Source of the DNA: Ignavibacteriota bacterium
Lineage (GTDB): Bacteria; Bacteroidota; Ignavibacteria; UBA10030
NCBI GenBank assembly: GCA_963727825.1
Contig: CAVSHO010000007.1
Location: 128,001-192,000, forward strand
Direction: 5' to 3'
Length of the DNA: 64,000 nt
Part shown: one piece after another, positions 32,923 through 43,582 of the stretch
How the letters are laid out: each line of letters opens with the position of its first letter
Position numbering within the stretch: position 1 is the first letter of the stretch
Translations under genes and position numbers: made by a program
The notes under the pieces: generated by a model
Database searches by the model: none
Told to the model about the DNA's origin: nothing
The model's input: only the letters and a program-made list of their open reading frames with translations

Positions 32923-33327
32923 ATGCAAAGTATTTCAAAATCAGAAATATATCTTAGGGTTATTGCTTGGACTGTTCTAATATTAGGAGTTGCTATGGTA
33001 GTTTATTGGATAATGTTCCTTGTCAAAAGGATGCCAATAGGAGATATTCCAGTTCTTTCAGAATCAATAACAGCATGTTTAGCTCTTATAACCGGATACG
33101 GATTATTGTATCGAAAACATTGGTCGGTGCCCTGTTGTTTGGTATTAGCGGGTATGTTGGCATATAGTGTCATCGGTGGTATAACTATTGTGTTTAAGCA
33201 TGGTCTTAATTTCGACTCTCCCTTTGGAGCGATAACAGATGCCCTTCTGTTTCCACTTATTTTGCTATTCTCTATCTTTATGATTGTAACAATTTGGAGA
33301 CAGAAAGAATATTTCAATGTCTCCTAA
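32923..33327 (+). CDS. Small membrane protein
   Basis: 4 TM; SD AAGGA. Confidence 0.65.
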   Translation: MQSISKSEIYLRVIAWTVLILGVAMVVYWIMFLVKRMPIGDIPVLSESITACLALITGYGLLYRKHWSVPCCLVLAGMLAYSVIGGITIVFKHGLNFDSPFGAITDALLFPLILLFSIFMIVTIWRQKEYFNVS

Positions 33328-33405
33328 TTAGCAACTTAATTAAGCATTATAAATGAACGTGTGAATTCTATTCTTAAAATTGTTGGAATATAACCAAAAT
33401 ATCAG

Positions 33406-33789
33406 GTGGCATATATGATAAATCAAGTATTACTTATTGTGGGTGCGCTAACAACGAGTATATGGGGAGTATCACATTTATTTCCAACAAATAAGGTAGT
33501 GAAAGGATTCGGCGAAATATCGGCTGATAATAAGAATATAATTACGATGGAATGGATTGCAGAAGGTGTTAGCCTTATATTTATTGGTATGCTTGTAGCT
33601 ATGGCGACATTAATTGATCCAACTAATGCGGTGTCAAAGATGGTATACTGGATATGCGCCGGGGAATTGAGTGTCCTTACAATAATCTCTCTTTTTACTG
33701 GCGTTAAAGTGAACCATCCTGCATTTAAGTTATGTCCTATTATATTTTCATTTTCTGCTTTGTTAATAATAATCGGAAGTTTAATCTAA
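33406..33789 (+). CDS. Small membrane protein
   Basis: 4 TM; HLFPT, MEWIAEG, FKLCP. Confidence 0.7.
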   Translation: MAYMINQVLLIVGALTTSIWGVSHLFPTNKVVKGFGEISADNKNIITMEWIAEGVSLIFIGMLVAMATLIDPTNAVSKMVYWICAGELSVLTIISLFTGVKVNHPAFKLCPIIFSFSALLIIIGSLI

Positions 33790-34002
33790 TTATTAAAATC
33801 AATAATTCTGAACGCTTAACTATTCGCTCCCGACTAAAAGATGGCATTCAGGCAAGTTGATGGAATAATCTCAATAACCAAAATTAATAATTTTATCCAA
33901 TGTGCGGACAATATGCACTAGTAGACGGAAAAATGATTTTTCAGCTATTTGGTAAATGCCGCTCCGATGTAGATAATCATTCCCATTAGCGAGAATTTAT
34001 TT

Positions 34003-34386
34003 ATGAGTGAGATCAAAAATATTACCCAGAAAGATTCATTTGCGAAATTGTTAGGAATTAAGATTTTATCAATCGGAGAAGGAACAGCAACAGCAGAGAT
34101 GACCATCACAAAGGATCATCTCAATGGAGCTGGAACTACTCATGGCGGTGCTATTTTTTCTCTTGGTGACACAGTTTTCGGGGCAGCATCGAATAGCCGC
34201 GAAGGACTGGCTATGGCAATTAATGTCAGTATCTCGTTTTTCAAAGCAACCACAGAAGGAAAACTCACTGCTGTTGCGGAAGAAGTATCCCTGCGCAAGA
34301 AATTAGCAACTTATATCGTAAGAATCTTCGATGAGACATCAAACATCATCGCCCTATTTCAGGGAACAGTGTATAGAAAAGAATAA
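34003..34386 (+). CDS. PaaI-family hotdog thioesterase
   Basis: HLNGAGTTHGGAIFSLGD. Confidence 0.92.
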   Translation: MSEIKNITQKDSFAKLLGIKILSIGEGTATAEMTITKDHLNGAGTTHGGAIFSLGDTVFGAASNSREGLAMAINVSISFFKATTEGKLTAVAEEVSLRKKLATYIVRIFDETSNIIALFQGTVYRKE

Positions 34387-34865
34387 GTAATTCGTCATTA
34401 TAATGTAATGCTTCGCGCTTATTGAATACACGTCATTTTACCATCATTGCCAGACGCCAAAAAGGTCTCGAGAAGATCAAAAAATATGATAAAGGAATGA
34501 CAAAATAGTCACGCTGTAAGTTCATTATTATTTTTAGTAATTGAGCGAATTGAGCCCTCGATTGAAACTGCCCAAATGAAAATTATCTTGAAATCGGCGG
34601 TGAAAATTGTTAATTCATTTCTTGCCATCGTTTCAAATTTGATTTTCCATCATCATTCGGTTACATTATTTGCAACAAATAGATACCAATGAGTGCACAT
34701 TTCAGGGATAATTCAATAAAGAGATAAATATAGGATGAAGTGTGTAGTTGGACATAACTATAAAAGAAATGATTCATTGCACGATTTTACTTATAACAGC
34801 TATCAGATGGTAGATAGTTTCATAAATGAAATAAAAATGTATGTAGTGTAAATGAAAGTATTGCT

Positions 34866-37800
34866 ATGAGTTCTCTTCGAGATAATTACAACCAAGGAAA
34901 AGTAGCTGATTTCCTCAAAGAAGTCATCCAGCCGAAATCAAAACTTTCCTTTGTCTCCGCGTATTTTACAATTTATGCCTACAACCAGCTAAAGACGCAA
35001 TTGGATTCCATTGACCATCTGAGGTTCTTATTTGGCGAGCCAACATTTATTAAATCCATTGATCCATCGAAGACAAATTCACGCGAATTCAAAATAGAAG
35101 ATGATCAGCTTATTATACCCATTGAAAGCAGAATGACACAGAAGGCTGTAGCAAAAGATTGTGCTGAATGGATAACAAATAAAGTTGATATCAAATCAAT
35201 GGTAAAGCCTAACTTCCTCCATGGCAAAATGTACCACATCGAGAATCCTAATGGTGTGAAGGAAGCAGTAATGGGGAGCTCGAATTTCACAGTCAATGGA
35301 CTCGGTTTAGCAGGAAGCAACAATATAGAACTAAACATGGTTATTCAAGATCGCAGGGATTTAGAAGACCTTGAGAAATGGTTCGAGAGCTTATGGAACG
35401 ATAAAACAGGATTAGTTGAAGATGTTAAATCAGAGGTACTGAAATATTTAGATCAATTTTATGTTGAGAATGAGCCAGAATTTATTTATTACAAAACCTT
35501 GTATCATCTATTTGAAAAATTTCTTGATGAGCAGGAAAAAGGCGGCTTGCTGAATAAGCAGACAGGTTTCTTTGAGAGTGAAATCTGGAATATGCTGTAC
35601 GACTTCCAGCAAGATGGAGTCAAAGGAGCCATCAATAAAATTCTCAGACATAATGGATGCATCATTGCCGACAGTGTCGGTCTTGGTAAAACTTTTGAGG
35701 CACTGGCTATCATTCAATACTTTGAGAAGTTGAATTATCGGGCATTAGTACTATGCCCTAAGAAATTGAAAGACAATTGGACTGTTTACCAGTCGAGTAA
35801 AAACAACAAACTCAATCCATTCAGAAAGGATCGATACAATTATCACATTCTCTATCATACCGATTTAGGAAGAACATTTGGCATTTCCGATGCAGACGGT
35901 CATGACCTTTCCATCGATAAATTCAATTGGGGTGCCTATGATTTGGTAGTTATTGACGAAAGCCACAATTTCCGTGGTAACCCAATGGAAAAGGTCAGAG
36001 ATGATGGTGAATTGCGGATGAACCGGGCAAAGTGGCTAATGGAAAAAATAATTAAGGAAGGTGTGAGTACAAAAGTTTTATTGCTTTCCGCTACACCGGT
36101 GAATAACAATTTACGCGATTTACGTAATCAGGTATTGCTTATCACGAAAGGTGAAAACGATGCGCTGTTTAAGGACACACAAATTAAGGATATTGAACAA
36201 TCGTTAAAAAACGCGCAAACACAATTCACGAATTGGGCAGATTCTGACAAGAATCCAAATCGAACAGTAAAACAATTATTAGAACGGCTTGACTCTTCAT
36301 TCTTCAAGCTTCTCGATGAGTTGACAATTGCCCGGAGTCGCAAACACATTAAGAGTTTTTACAATATTAAGGCAATTGGGCAATTCTCAGAGCGGTTAAA
36401 GCCCCATTCTATATATCCGAATATAGATATAAAGGATCGCTTTTTTACATACGATTCACTAAATAAAAAAATTCTCGCGTATAAACTGTCAGTGTTCAAT
36501 CCTTCTGCGTATTTGAAAGATGATGAATCCATAAGAGAAAAATATAAAGAACGTGCCGGACAGGAAATCCTTTCATTTACACAGAAAGATCGTGAAAACT
36601 TCCTTATTGGTATGATGAAGGTTAATTATTTGAAACGGCTTGAGAGTTGTATTGAGTCGTTTGAGATTTCAATAGATCGCACAATTAAAAAAATCGAGTC
36701 ACTCAAGGAAAAGATAGATGAATTCAAGAAAAAGAAATTGAAGAACCAGGAAGATGATTTATCTGACGCGCAGCCGGAAGATTCTGAACTAGAGGAAAAT
36801 GCCGATGACCTTGAACAATGGCAAGTCGGTAAAAAATTGAAATTTGATCTTGCTGATCTTGAACTTGATAAATGGTTAATAGATTTGGAGGGCGATAAAG
36901 CGGCTTTATCAGATATCTACAATAATGCGGTCGCTGTTACACCTGATCGTGATGCAAAATTGAAAGAACTCAAGGAGCAGATTGTCTACAAATTAAAACA
37001 TCCTATAAACGGCACCAACAAGAAGATTCTTATTTTTACAGCATTTGCTGATACAGCTGAATATCTCTATAAAAACCTTGAGCCCTGGATTACAAAAGAC
37101 CTCCACCTCCAATGTGCATTAGTCGTCGGAAGTTTTACAAAGACGACTTTTGGAAGAAACGATTTTTCAAACATTCTTACAAACTTTTCACCGCTTTCAA
37201 AGAATAGGGCAAGACTTGAAAAAATGCCACAGGATAATGAGATCGATATCCTCATTGCAACAGACTGCATTAGTGAAGGGCAAAACTTGCAGGATTGTGA
37301 TTATCTCATCAATTATGATATTCACTGGAATCCGGTTCGCATCATCCAGCGATTTGGCCGTATAGATCGTTTAGGTAGCCACAATGACAAAATTCAATTA
37401 GTTAATTTCTGGCCTACGAAGGACCTGGATAATTACATAAATCTGAAAGAGCGCGTTGAAGCTCGAATGGCGCTGGTCGATGTAACGGCTACAGGCGAAG
37501 ACAACATTCTAAATACAGAACAATTGGAAGACCTTATTGAAGAAGACCTGAAATACCGGAATCAGCAGTTGAAGCGTTTGCGTGATGAAGTCCTTGATTT
37601 GGAAGATATGAATGAAAGCATATCATTAACTGACTTTACATTAGACGATTTCCGTGTTGAGCTTTCCAATTACCTTGAGAATAATCGAAAGAAATTAAAG
37701 GACGCACCATTAGGTTTGTATGCAGTCGTTCCATCTCCATCCGGAAACCATGCACAATATTTTAATCTTGATAAATTCTCCGAGGTGGAACGAAAAATTA

Positions 37801-38210
37801 TCAAACCCGGAGTTGTCTATTGCCTTAAACAAAAAGGAGATACGGACGGCAACGAAGAGGTGAATCCATTGCAGCCATACTTCCTCGTCTATATTTGGGA
37901 AGATGGACAAGTGCGGTTCAATTACACTAATGCTAAACAGATTTTAGAAATTTATCGATTGCTCTGCCAAGGGAATATAACAGCATTTCAGCAGCTGTGC
38001 GATCTTTTCAATACAGAAACTGACCATGGCACTCGTATGGAACCCTATGCAGATTTATTAAAAAAAGTCGTTGATGAAATTATTCGTGTGTTCAAGAAAC
38101 GGATAACACAAAGGGTTCTTACAGACAGAGCTGGATTGATTATTCCGCAATCAAAGCAGGTCAATGAAGTGAACAATTTCGAGCTCGTCACTTGGCTGGT
38201 GATTAAATAG
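34866..38210 (+). CDS. PLD-nuclease + SNF2-like helicase fusion
   Basis: LHGKMY...GSSNFT (HKD-type), ADSVGLGKT, DESH, LSATP, SEGQNLQ, QRFGRIDR. Confidence 0.92.
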   Translation: MSSLRDNYNQGKVADFLKEVIQPKSKLSFVSAYFTIYAYNQLKTQLDSIDHLRFLFGEPTFIKSIDPSKTNSREFKIEDDQLIIPIESRMTQKAVAKDCAEWITNKVDIKSMVKPNFLHGKMYHIENPNGVKEAVMGSSNFTVNGLGLAGSNNIELNMVIQDRRDLEDLEKWFESLWNDKTGLVEDVKSEVLKYLDQFYVENEPEFIYYKTLYHLFEKFLDEQEKGGLLNKQTGFFESEIWNMLYDFQQDGVKGAINKILRHNGCIIADSVGLGKTFEALAIIQYFEKLNYRALVLCPKKLKDNWTVYQSSKNNKLNPFRKDRYNYHILYHTDLGRTFGISDADGHDLSIDKFNWGAYDLVVIDESHNFRGNPMEKVRDDGELRMNRAKWLMEKIIKEGVSTKVLLLSATPVNNNLRDLRNQVLLITKGENDALFKDTQIKDIEQSLKNAQTQFTNWADSDKNPNRTVKQLLERLDSSFFKLLDELTIARSRKHIKSFYNIKAIGQFSERLKPHSIYPNIDIKDRFFTYDSLNKKILAYKLSVFNPSAYLKDDESIREKYKERAGQEILSFTQKDRENFLIGMMKVNYLKRLESCIESFEISIDRTIKKIESLKEKIDEFKKKKLKNQEDDLSDAQPEDSELEENADDLEQWQVGKKLKFDLADLELDKWLIDLEGDKAALSDIYNNAVAVTPDRDAKLKELKEQIVYKLKHPINGTNKKILIFTAFADTAEYLYKNLEPWITKDLHLQCALVVGSFTKTTFGRNDFSNILTNFSPLSKNRARLEKMPQDNEIDILIATDCISEGQNLQDCDYLINYDIHWNPVRIIQRFGRIDRLGSHNDKIQLVNFWPTKDLDNYINLKERVEARMALVDVTATGEDNILNTEQLEDLIEEDLKYRNQQLKRLRDEVLDLEDMNESISLTDFTLDDFRVELSNYLENNRKKLKDAPLGLYAVVPSPSGNHAQYFNLDKFSEVERKIIKPGVVYCLKQKGDTDGNEEVNPLQPYFLVYIWEDGQVRFNYTNAKQILEIYRLLCQGNITAFQQLCDLFNTETDHGTRMEPYADLLKKVVDEIIRVFKKRITQRVLTDRAGLIIPQSKQVNEVNNFELVTWLVIK

Positions 38211-38794
38211 TCTGAACCATGATTAGAAGGATTAAAGGATTTCCATGATTAAGAATCATGAGTCTGAACTATGATTAGACGGATTAAAGGATGATCTTGA
38301 TTAAATATAATCATGGTCATCGGGTTCATCAAGTAGAATCATGGTTCAGACAACTTTAGGAAACAATCATGCTTTATGAAGATACAACAAAGCGTATTAT
38401 TGCTTCTGCAATGCAAGTGCATTCTACACTCGGAAATGGATTTCAGGAGGTCATCTATCAAAGAGCGCTAGGAATTGAAATGCCTTTACATAATCTATCC
38501 TTTGAGCGCGAAAAGGAAATGCCCATCTTTTATCGGGAACAAGAAATTGGAACACGCAGGGTAGATTTCTTTGTTGAAAATTGCATCATGGTCGAATTGA
38601 AGGCTATTATTGCTCTTGAAGATGTTCACCTTGCGCAGGCTATGAATTACTTAGAAGTATATAATATGGAAATTGGCCTCCTTATTAATTTTGGCGCTAA
38701 AAGCCTTGAATTCAAGCGAGTTCACAATAATAAGCTTCTAAAAAAATAAATAATCCTTAAATCATGTAAATCATGGTCAAATCAAGGTTCAGAC
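38210..38794. mobile_element. GxxExxY cassette bounded by nested inverted repeats
   Basis: GTCTGAAC...ATGATT left arms at 38210 and 38262; AATCA.GGTTCAGAC right arms ending at 38351 and 38794. Confidence 0.7.
38369..38749 (+). CDS. GxxExxY protein (PD-(D/E)xK-like)
   Basis: LGNGFQEVIYQ, RRVDFFVE, VELKA, QAMNYL, GLLINFG. Confidence 0.93.
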   Translation: MLYEDTTKRIIASAMQVHSTLGNGFQEVIYQRALGIEMPLHNLSFEREKEMPIFYREQEIGTRRVDFFVENCIMVELKAIIALEDVHLAQAMNYLEVYNMEIGLLINFGAKSLEFKRVHNNKLLKK

Positions 38795-38798
38795 AATA

Positions 38799-41700
38799 AT
38801 GACAGAAGATATAAGAATAAAAATTCAGAATTCTCTGCAGGCATTCGCTCAAGGTAATTTGACAAAGAACTCACTTGCCTTGTTTGAAACATTGGGGTAT
38901 GTGACCGACCGACAAGCACCATTAGATAAACCAACGTTCGCACAGTTCAAAGAATCTTATATTTCGATAGATTCGCACTTCAATGTAGAAAAGGCACAAG
39001 TAAAACAATGGAAACAAGTTGATCTGTTGTTCCAGCTATCCGGCAATGAAATAATTAAAACAACAGACATGTTTGATTCTAAAGCGGTCGTTACAAAAGA
39101 TGATGGAAATAAAATAGCCATCGAATCGTATTTGTTCTTCGTTGTTGAACTTGATGGTCAAAATTATTCAAGGACTCAGTTTTCGCACATAACGCGCGAG
39201 ATCAATCGCTTGTTTCCTATGCCTGTAATGATACTTTTTAAGTATGGTTCATTTTTGACACTTGCTGTAATAGATCGCCGGTTACACAAACGAGATGCGA
39301 GCAAAGATGTGCTGGAAAAAGTAACGCTGATTAAAGATATATCGATTGCCTCTCCGCATCGTGCACACATCGAAATACTCTTTGATCTCTCGCTTGATGA
39401 ATTGAAGAAGAGCAGCAAAGAACCAATTACTAATTTTATTGCTCTTCACAACGCCTGGCGCAAGACACTCAATATCTCTGAACTTAATAAGAAATTCTAT
39501 CGCCAGATTGCGGACTGGTTCTATTGGGCTGTTTCCAATGTCGAATATCCGCTGGCGCCAAATATTACAAACTGAGCGGGAAAATGCATCTATCAATGTT
39601 ATTCGCCTACTGACACGTATTATTTTCGTCTGGTTTCTCAAGGAAAAAAATCTCGTTCCAGACGATCTTTTTGATGAGAATAAATTAGCTGCAATCCTTA
39701 AAGATGATGACCTGCAAACAGAGAAGAAGTGGAATTATTATCGAGGTATTTTGCAGAATCTGTTCTTCGCTACACTCAATCAAAAAATGAACACAGTAAA
39801 AGAGCCGAATAACCGTGAATGGGTGAGCGATAAAAGAACGTCTTCTGGTTACAACGAAGATTATACCATTGCAAATAAGTATCGCTTTCCTGAGTTGTTC
39901 AAAAATCCGGATCAGGCTCTCCAGCTTTTTTCAAAAATACCATTTCTTAATGGCGGATTGTTCGATTGCCTTGACAGAAGAGGCAACAAACAAAAAGGGG
40001 ATATTTTTATTGATGGTTTTACCCGTCATACAAAACCCCAGCCAAAAGTCCCCAATATGTTATTCTTCGGAAAAAAGCGAAAAGTTGATTTAAGCAAAGT
40101 ATTCGAAGACAAAAAATGGAGCAAAGAAGAAGTCAAGGGACTCATTCATATTCTCAATGACTATAAGTTTACTATTGCTGAAAATACGCCGATTGAAGAG
40201 GAAGTCGCGCTTGATCCTGAATTATTGGGAAGAATTTTCGAAAACCTGCTTGCGGCGTACAATCCTGAAACCGGAACCACTGCCCGCAAAGCAACCGGCA
40301 GTTTTTACACCCCGCGCGAGATTGTGAACTACATGGTGGATGAATCGCTTCTGGCATATTTGAAAAATGCCATGCTGGATGAAGCAGTGGGAGCAGTTTT
40401 AACCGGGCATGAACAGGTTGATGCTTTTGGGAATGACGCAAGAAAGGGGCAATTGAAAATTGAGGATAAAGTTGAGCGTAATCCGTGGAAAGAGAAGGAA
40501 GAGGAGTTAGAAAATCATTTACGCGATCTTTTATCCTATTCTGAGAAACCTAATCCATTGAACATCACTGATACAGACAGACTTATTTCAGCAATTGGCA
40601 GCTGTAAAATCCTCGATCCTGCGTGCGGCTCAGGCGCGTTCCCGATGGGAATGTTGCTGAAAACAGTTCACGTCCTCCATAAGCTCGACCCGAATAATGC
40701 AAAATGGCAGCAAGTGCAGGAAGACGCCGCGCGTAACCATACCCGATCCCGAAATACAGCTGGATACGCTCGCAAGGATTGAAGAAGCGTTCAGCCCGGA
40801 AAACAATTATGCCGATTACGGCAGAAAGCTTGTGCTGATACAAAACTGTATTTACGGAATAGATATACAGCCCATTGCCGTACAGATTTCCAAACTGCGG
40901 TTCTTCATCTCACTGTTAGTGGACCAAAAATACAACGACGCAAAAGAGAACCGCGGAGTGCTTTCTTTACCGAACCTTGAGACCAAATTTGTTGCCGCCA
41001 ATACACTGATCGGTATTGATGAAAGCATACAAGGTTCTTTGCACAACGTCGATATACAGCAGTTGGTTGGGAAATTGCACGATGTGCGAAAACAGATTTT
41101 TAATGCACGCTCATACCGCAATAAAAAGGAATTGCAGAAACAGGACGAACAACTACGTAAACAATTAGGCGCTTTGCTGGAGCAGAAAACGCTGGAAGCG
41201 CAAAAAGTGCTTGAGCAACAGATAGAGACACTTCGAAGTCAAAAAGCGGTAAGCGAAAAAAACTTGAAAGAGAAAAACCTGCTTCCCGGTGTACGCAAAC
41301 AAACCGAGGAGGTAATAAAAAAGATTGATAAACAGGTGGAAGAACTGCAAACGAAGCTGTTGGATAGGCATATTGTAGAAACCAACGCCACACGACTTGC
41401 CGACTGGGATCCGTATGATCAAAATGCTTATGCCGATTACTTTGATAAGGAATGGATGTTTGGAATGCAGAGTGGATTTGATATTGTGATTGGAAATCCA
41501 CCGTATGGAGTTGAAATATCTGAAGGAGAACGATTCTCCTATGAGACCAGAAATATTGAAAGCTATACGAAATGGTCAAAAATTGCTGTCTTGTTTATTG
41601 ACATTGCAAACACATCATTTATTACAAGTCAATGCGACATCGACTCTTTTATTGTTCCAAAATCACTTTGTTATTCGCAGAAAATTGGTCTGAGTGTAGC

Positions 41701-42618
41701 TAAATGATATTATCACTGATCTTGCAATCCAATGTCATTGATATAGAAAGGCATTTGAAAATGTATTGCTAGAACAAGTAGTCTTTGTCCATGTAAAGAA
41801 TAGAAATACAAAACAATATCAAGCGCAAAAATTTCTTAATGGACGATTATGATGATAACGAAACTCGGTATATAGAAAAGTATTATCCAAAGAAGTATTC
41901 AAAGCGTACAATGGATATGCGATGTAAGACAAAAAGAAATCGAAATTATAAAGTCGATAAAATGTCCCATCGTACCATTGTCTAAAATATCAAACACAAA
42001 ACGAGGCTCGGTATTCAAGGGTAAATTCAACTAAGCATAGGCTGGTAGTATCCCTGTAATTGGCGGAAAAAATATTGGCAGAGTATTTTATTAGTGACAT
42101 CAGAGGGATACAATAAAAGTAAATCTTAAGGGATATTCAAAAAGATTGGAATATTATCAATCAAGCCAAAAATCCTTACTCAGTTAGACTTGTTGCACAT
42201 GTTCAGAAACCAACGCCTCATTTAATAATTATGGCAGCTTGGATGAGACGGGAAAGTATTGTCTATCGATACTGTGGAAAACACGATACTTATTAACGAT
42301 TAAATATAATTAGAGTTTGCTGTTGGGACTTAACAATTGCAAAGCTGTTTACGAGTTGGTACGCTTATAAATTTATTTATCGTCAGCCATCCGAACACAT
42401 GGATTTTGATAATTATTATATCGGGAAAATATTCATTCCAGATATCTCAATTAAGGAACACAAAATCGTTATTCATTATTGGTTGAATCATGTTCTATCT
42501 AAAACAAAAACATCCAAATGCCGATACAACTGAATTGGAAAAGGAAATAGATTCCATCAGTGTACAGATTTATGGCCTTACAGAAGAGGAGATAAAGATT
42601 GTGGAGGGGAAGAAGTAA
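38799..42618 (+). CDS. Type IIG/Eco57I-like restriction-modification enzyme (adenine MTase + TaqI-like TRD); frameshifts near 39570 and 40738, many in 41700-42570
   Basis: IPFLNGGLFD, GSFYTPREIV, ILDPACGSGAF, FDIVIGNPPY; terminal YGLTEEEIKIVEG, stop at 42616-42618. Confidence 0.85.
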
Positions 42619-43120
42619 ATGGCAGACACAACGATAGCAACAAAAGATGTTGAAAATTGGATAAGAAACGAATTCCTCTCCAGGAAGTATCGCCAGACTT
42701 TTGCAAAACGCAAATTAGGCGTACAGTCCGGCGGAGAATTTGAATGCGACGCAGTCTCCGAAGATGGCAAAATAGTCTGCTTTATATCAACAAGCTCAAG
42801 TAAGACAGCGGGCGAAAAACCCGGAGCTGGTAAGCTTGCTAAAATTCGTGCGGATGCTTTTTGGGCAGGTTCCCTCAGTGAAAAACCGCAGGAAATTGTG
42901 TTTGCATTTACAGATAAATCAATGGTCGAGTTTATCAAGCAAGAAAAAGATAATGGACGCTTCCCAAAACACATTAAAACGCTTTTGGTCAAGTTGCCGG
43001 AGAAATAAAATAAGACATCCCGCCATGCGGGATGACATTTTCAGGCCTCCGGCTCTTGAAAAGAAACTTGCAGAGATGAAGAAGAAGGCGGCGGAGGAAG
43101 TATCTCGCATGGACGTATAG
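42619..43120 (+). CDS. Small putative PD-(D/E)xK nuclease-like protein, 3' end interrupted by a hairpin insertion
   Basis: GEFECDAVSEDG motif; ORF stops at 43008, plausible C-terminus PPALEKKLAEMKKKAAEEVS resumes at 43046. Confidence 0.5.
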
Positions 43121-43145
43121 CGTTACATTCCTATAAATGTTTTTA

Positions 43146-43517
43146 GTCATTCCCGCGTACGCGGGAATCTTATTATGAAAATCGACAAAACATATTATGT
43201 ATATATGCTTGCAAGCAAGAAGAACGGTGTCTTATATATTGGAATGACAAATGACCTTGAACGGCGAATTCATGAGCATCGAAGCGGGACCATCGATGGT
43301 TTTACGAGAACATATCACGTGAAGAGACTCGTGTACTATGAACTATTTGAGAAGCCATATGATGCTATTTGCCGTGAGAAAGCAATGAAGAAATGGTACA
43401 GAAAATGGAAGGTCGAATTAATTGAAGATAATAATCCTGAATGGAAAGATTTAATGTCAACTGACGGTACAATCCTCTCGATGGAGGAAGTAAGATACCC
43501 GCTTTCGCGGGTATGAC
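43146..43517. mobile_element. GIY-YIG cassette bracketed by inverted REP-like palindromes
   Basis: GTCATTCCCGCGTACGCGGGAATCT (43146-43170) and AGATACCCGCTTTCGCGGGTATGAC (43493-43517). Confidence 0.75.
43175..43516 (+). CDS. GIY-YIG nuclease family protein (short YhbQ-like)
   Basis: YYVYMLAS...LYIGMTNDLERR...AICREKAMKKW...NPEWKDL. Confidence 0.93.
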   Translation: MKIDKTYYVYMLASKKNGVLYIGMTNDLERRIHEHRSGTIDGFTRTYHVKRLVYYELFEKPYDAICREKAMKKWYRKWKVELIEDNNPEWKDLMSTDGTILSMEEVRYPLSRV

Positions 43518-43582
43518 AATAAGAATAGAGAAGGCGGCAGAGGAAGTATCAAATCAGAATAGAGAATCATAAGAGGTTTAAT

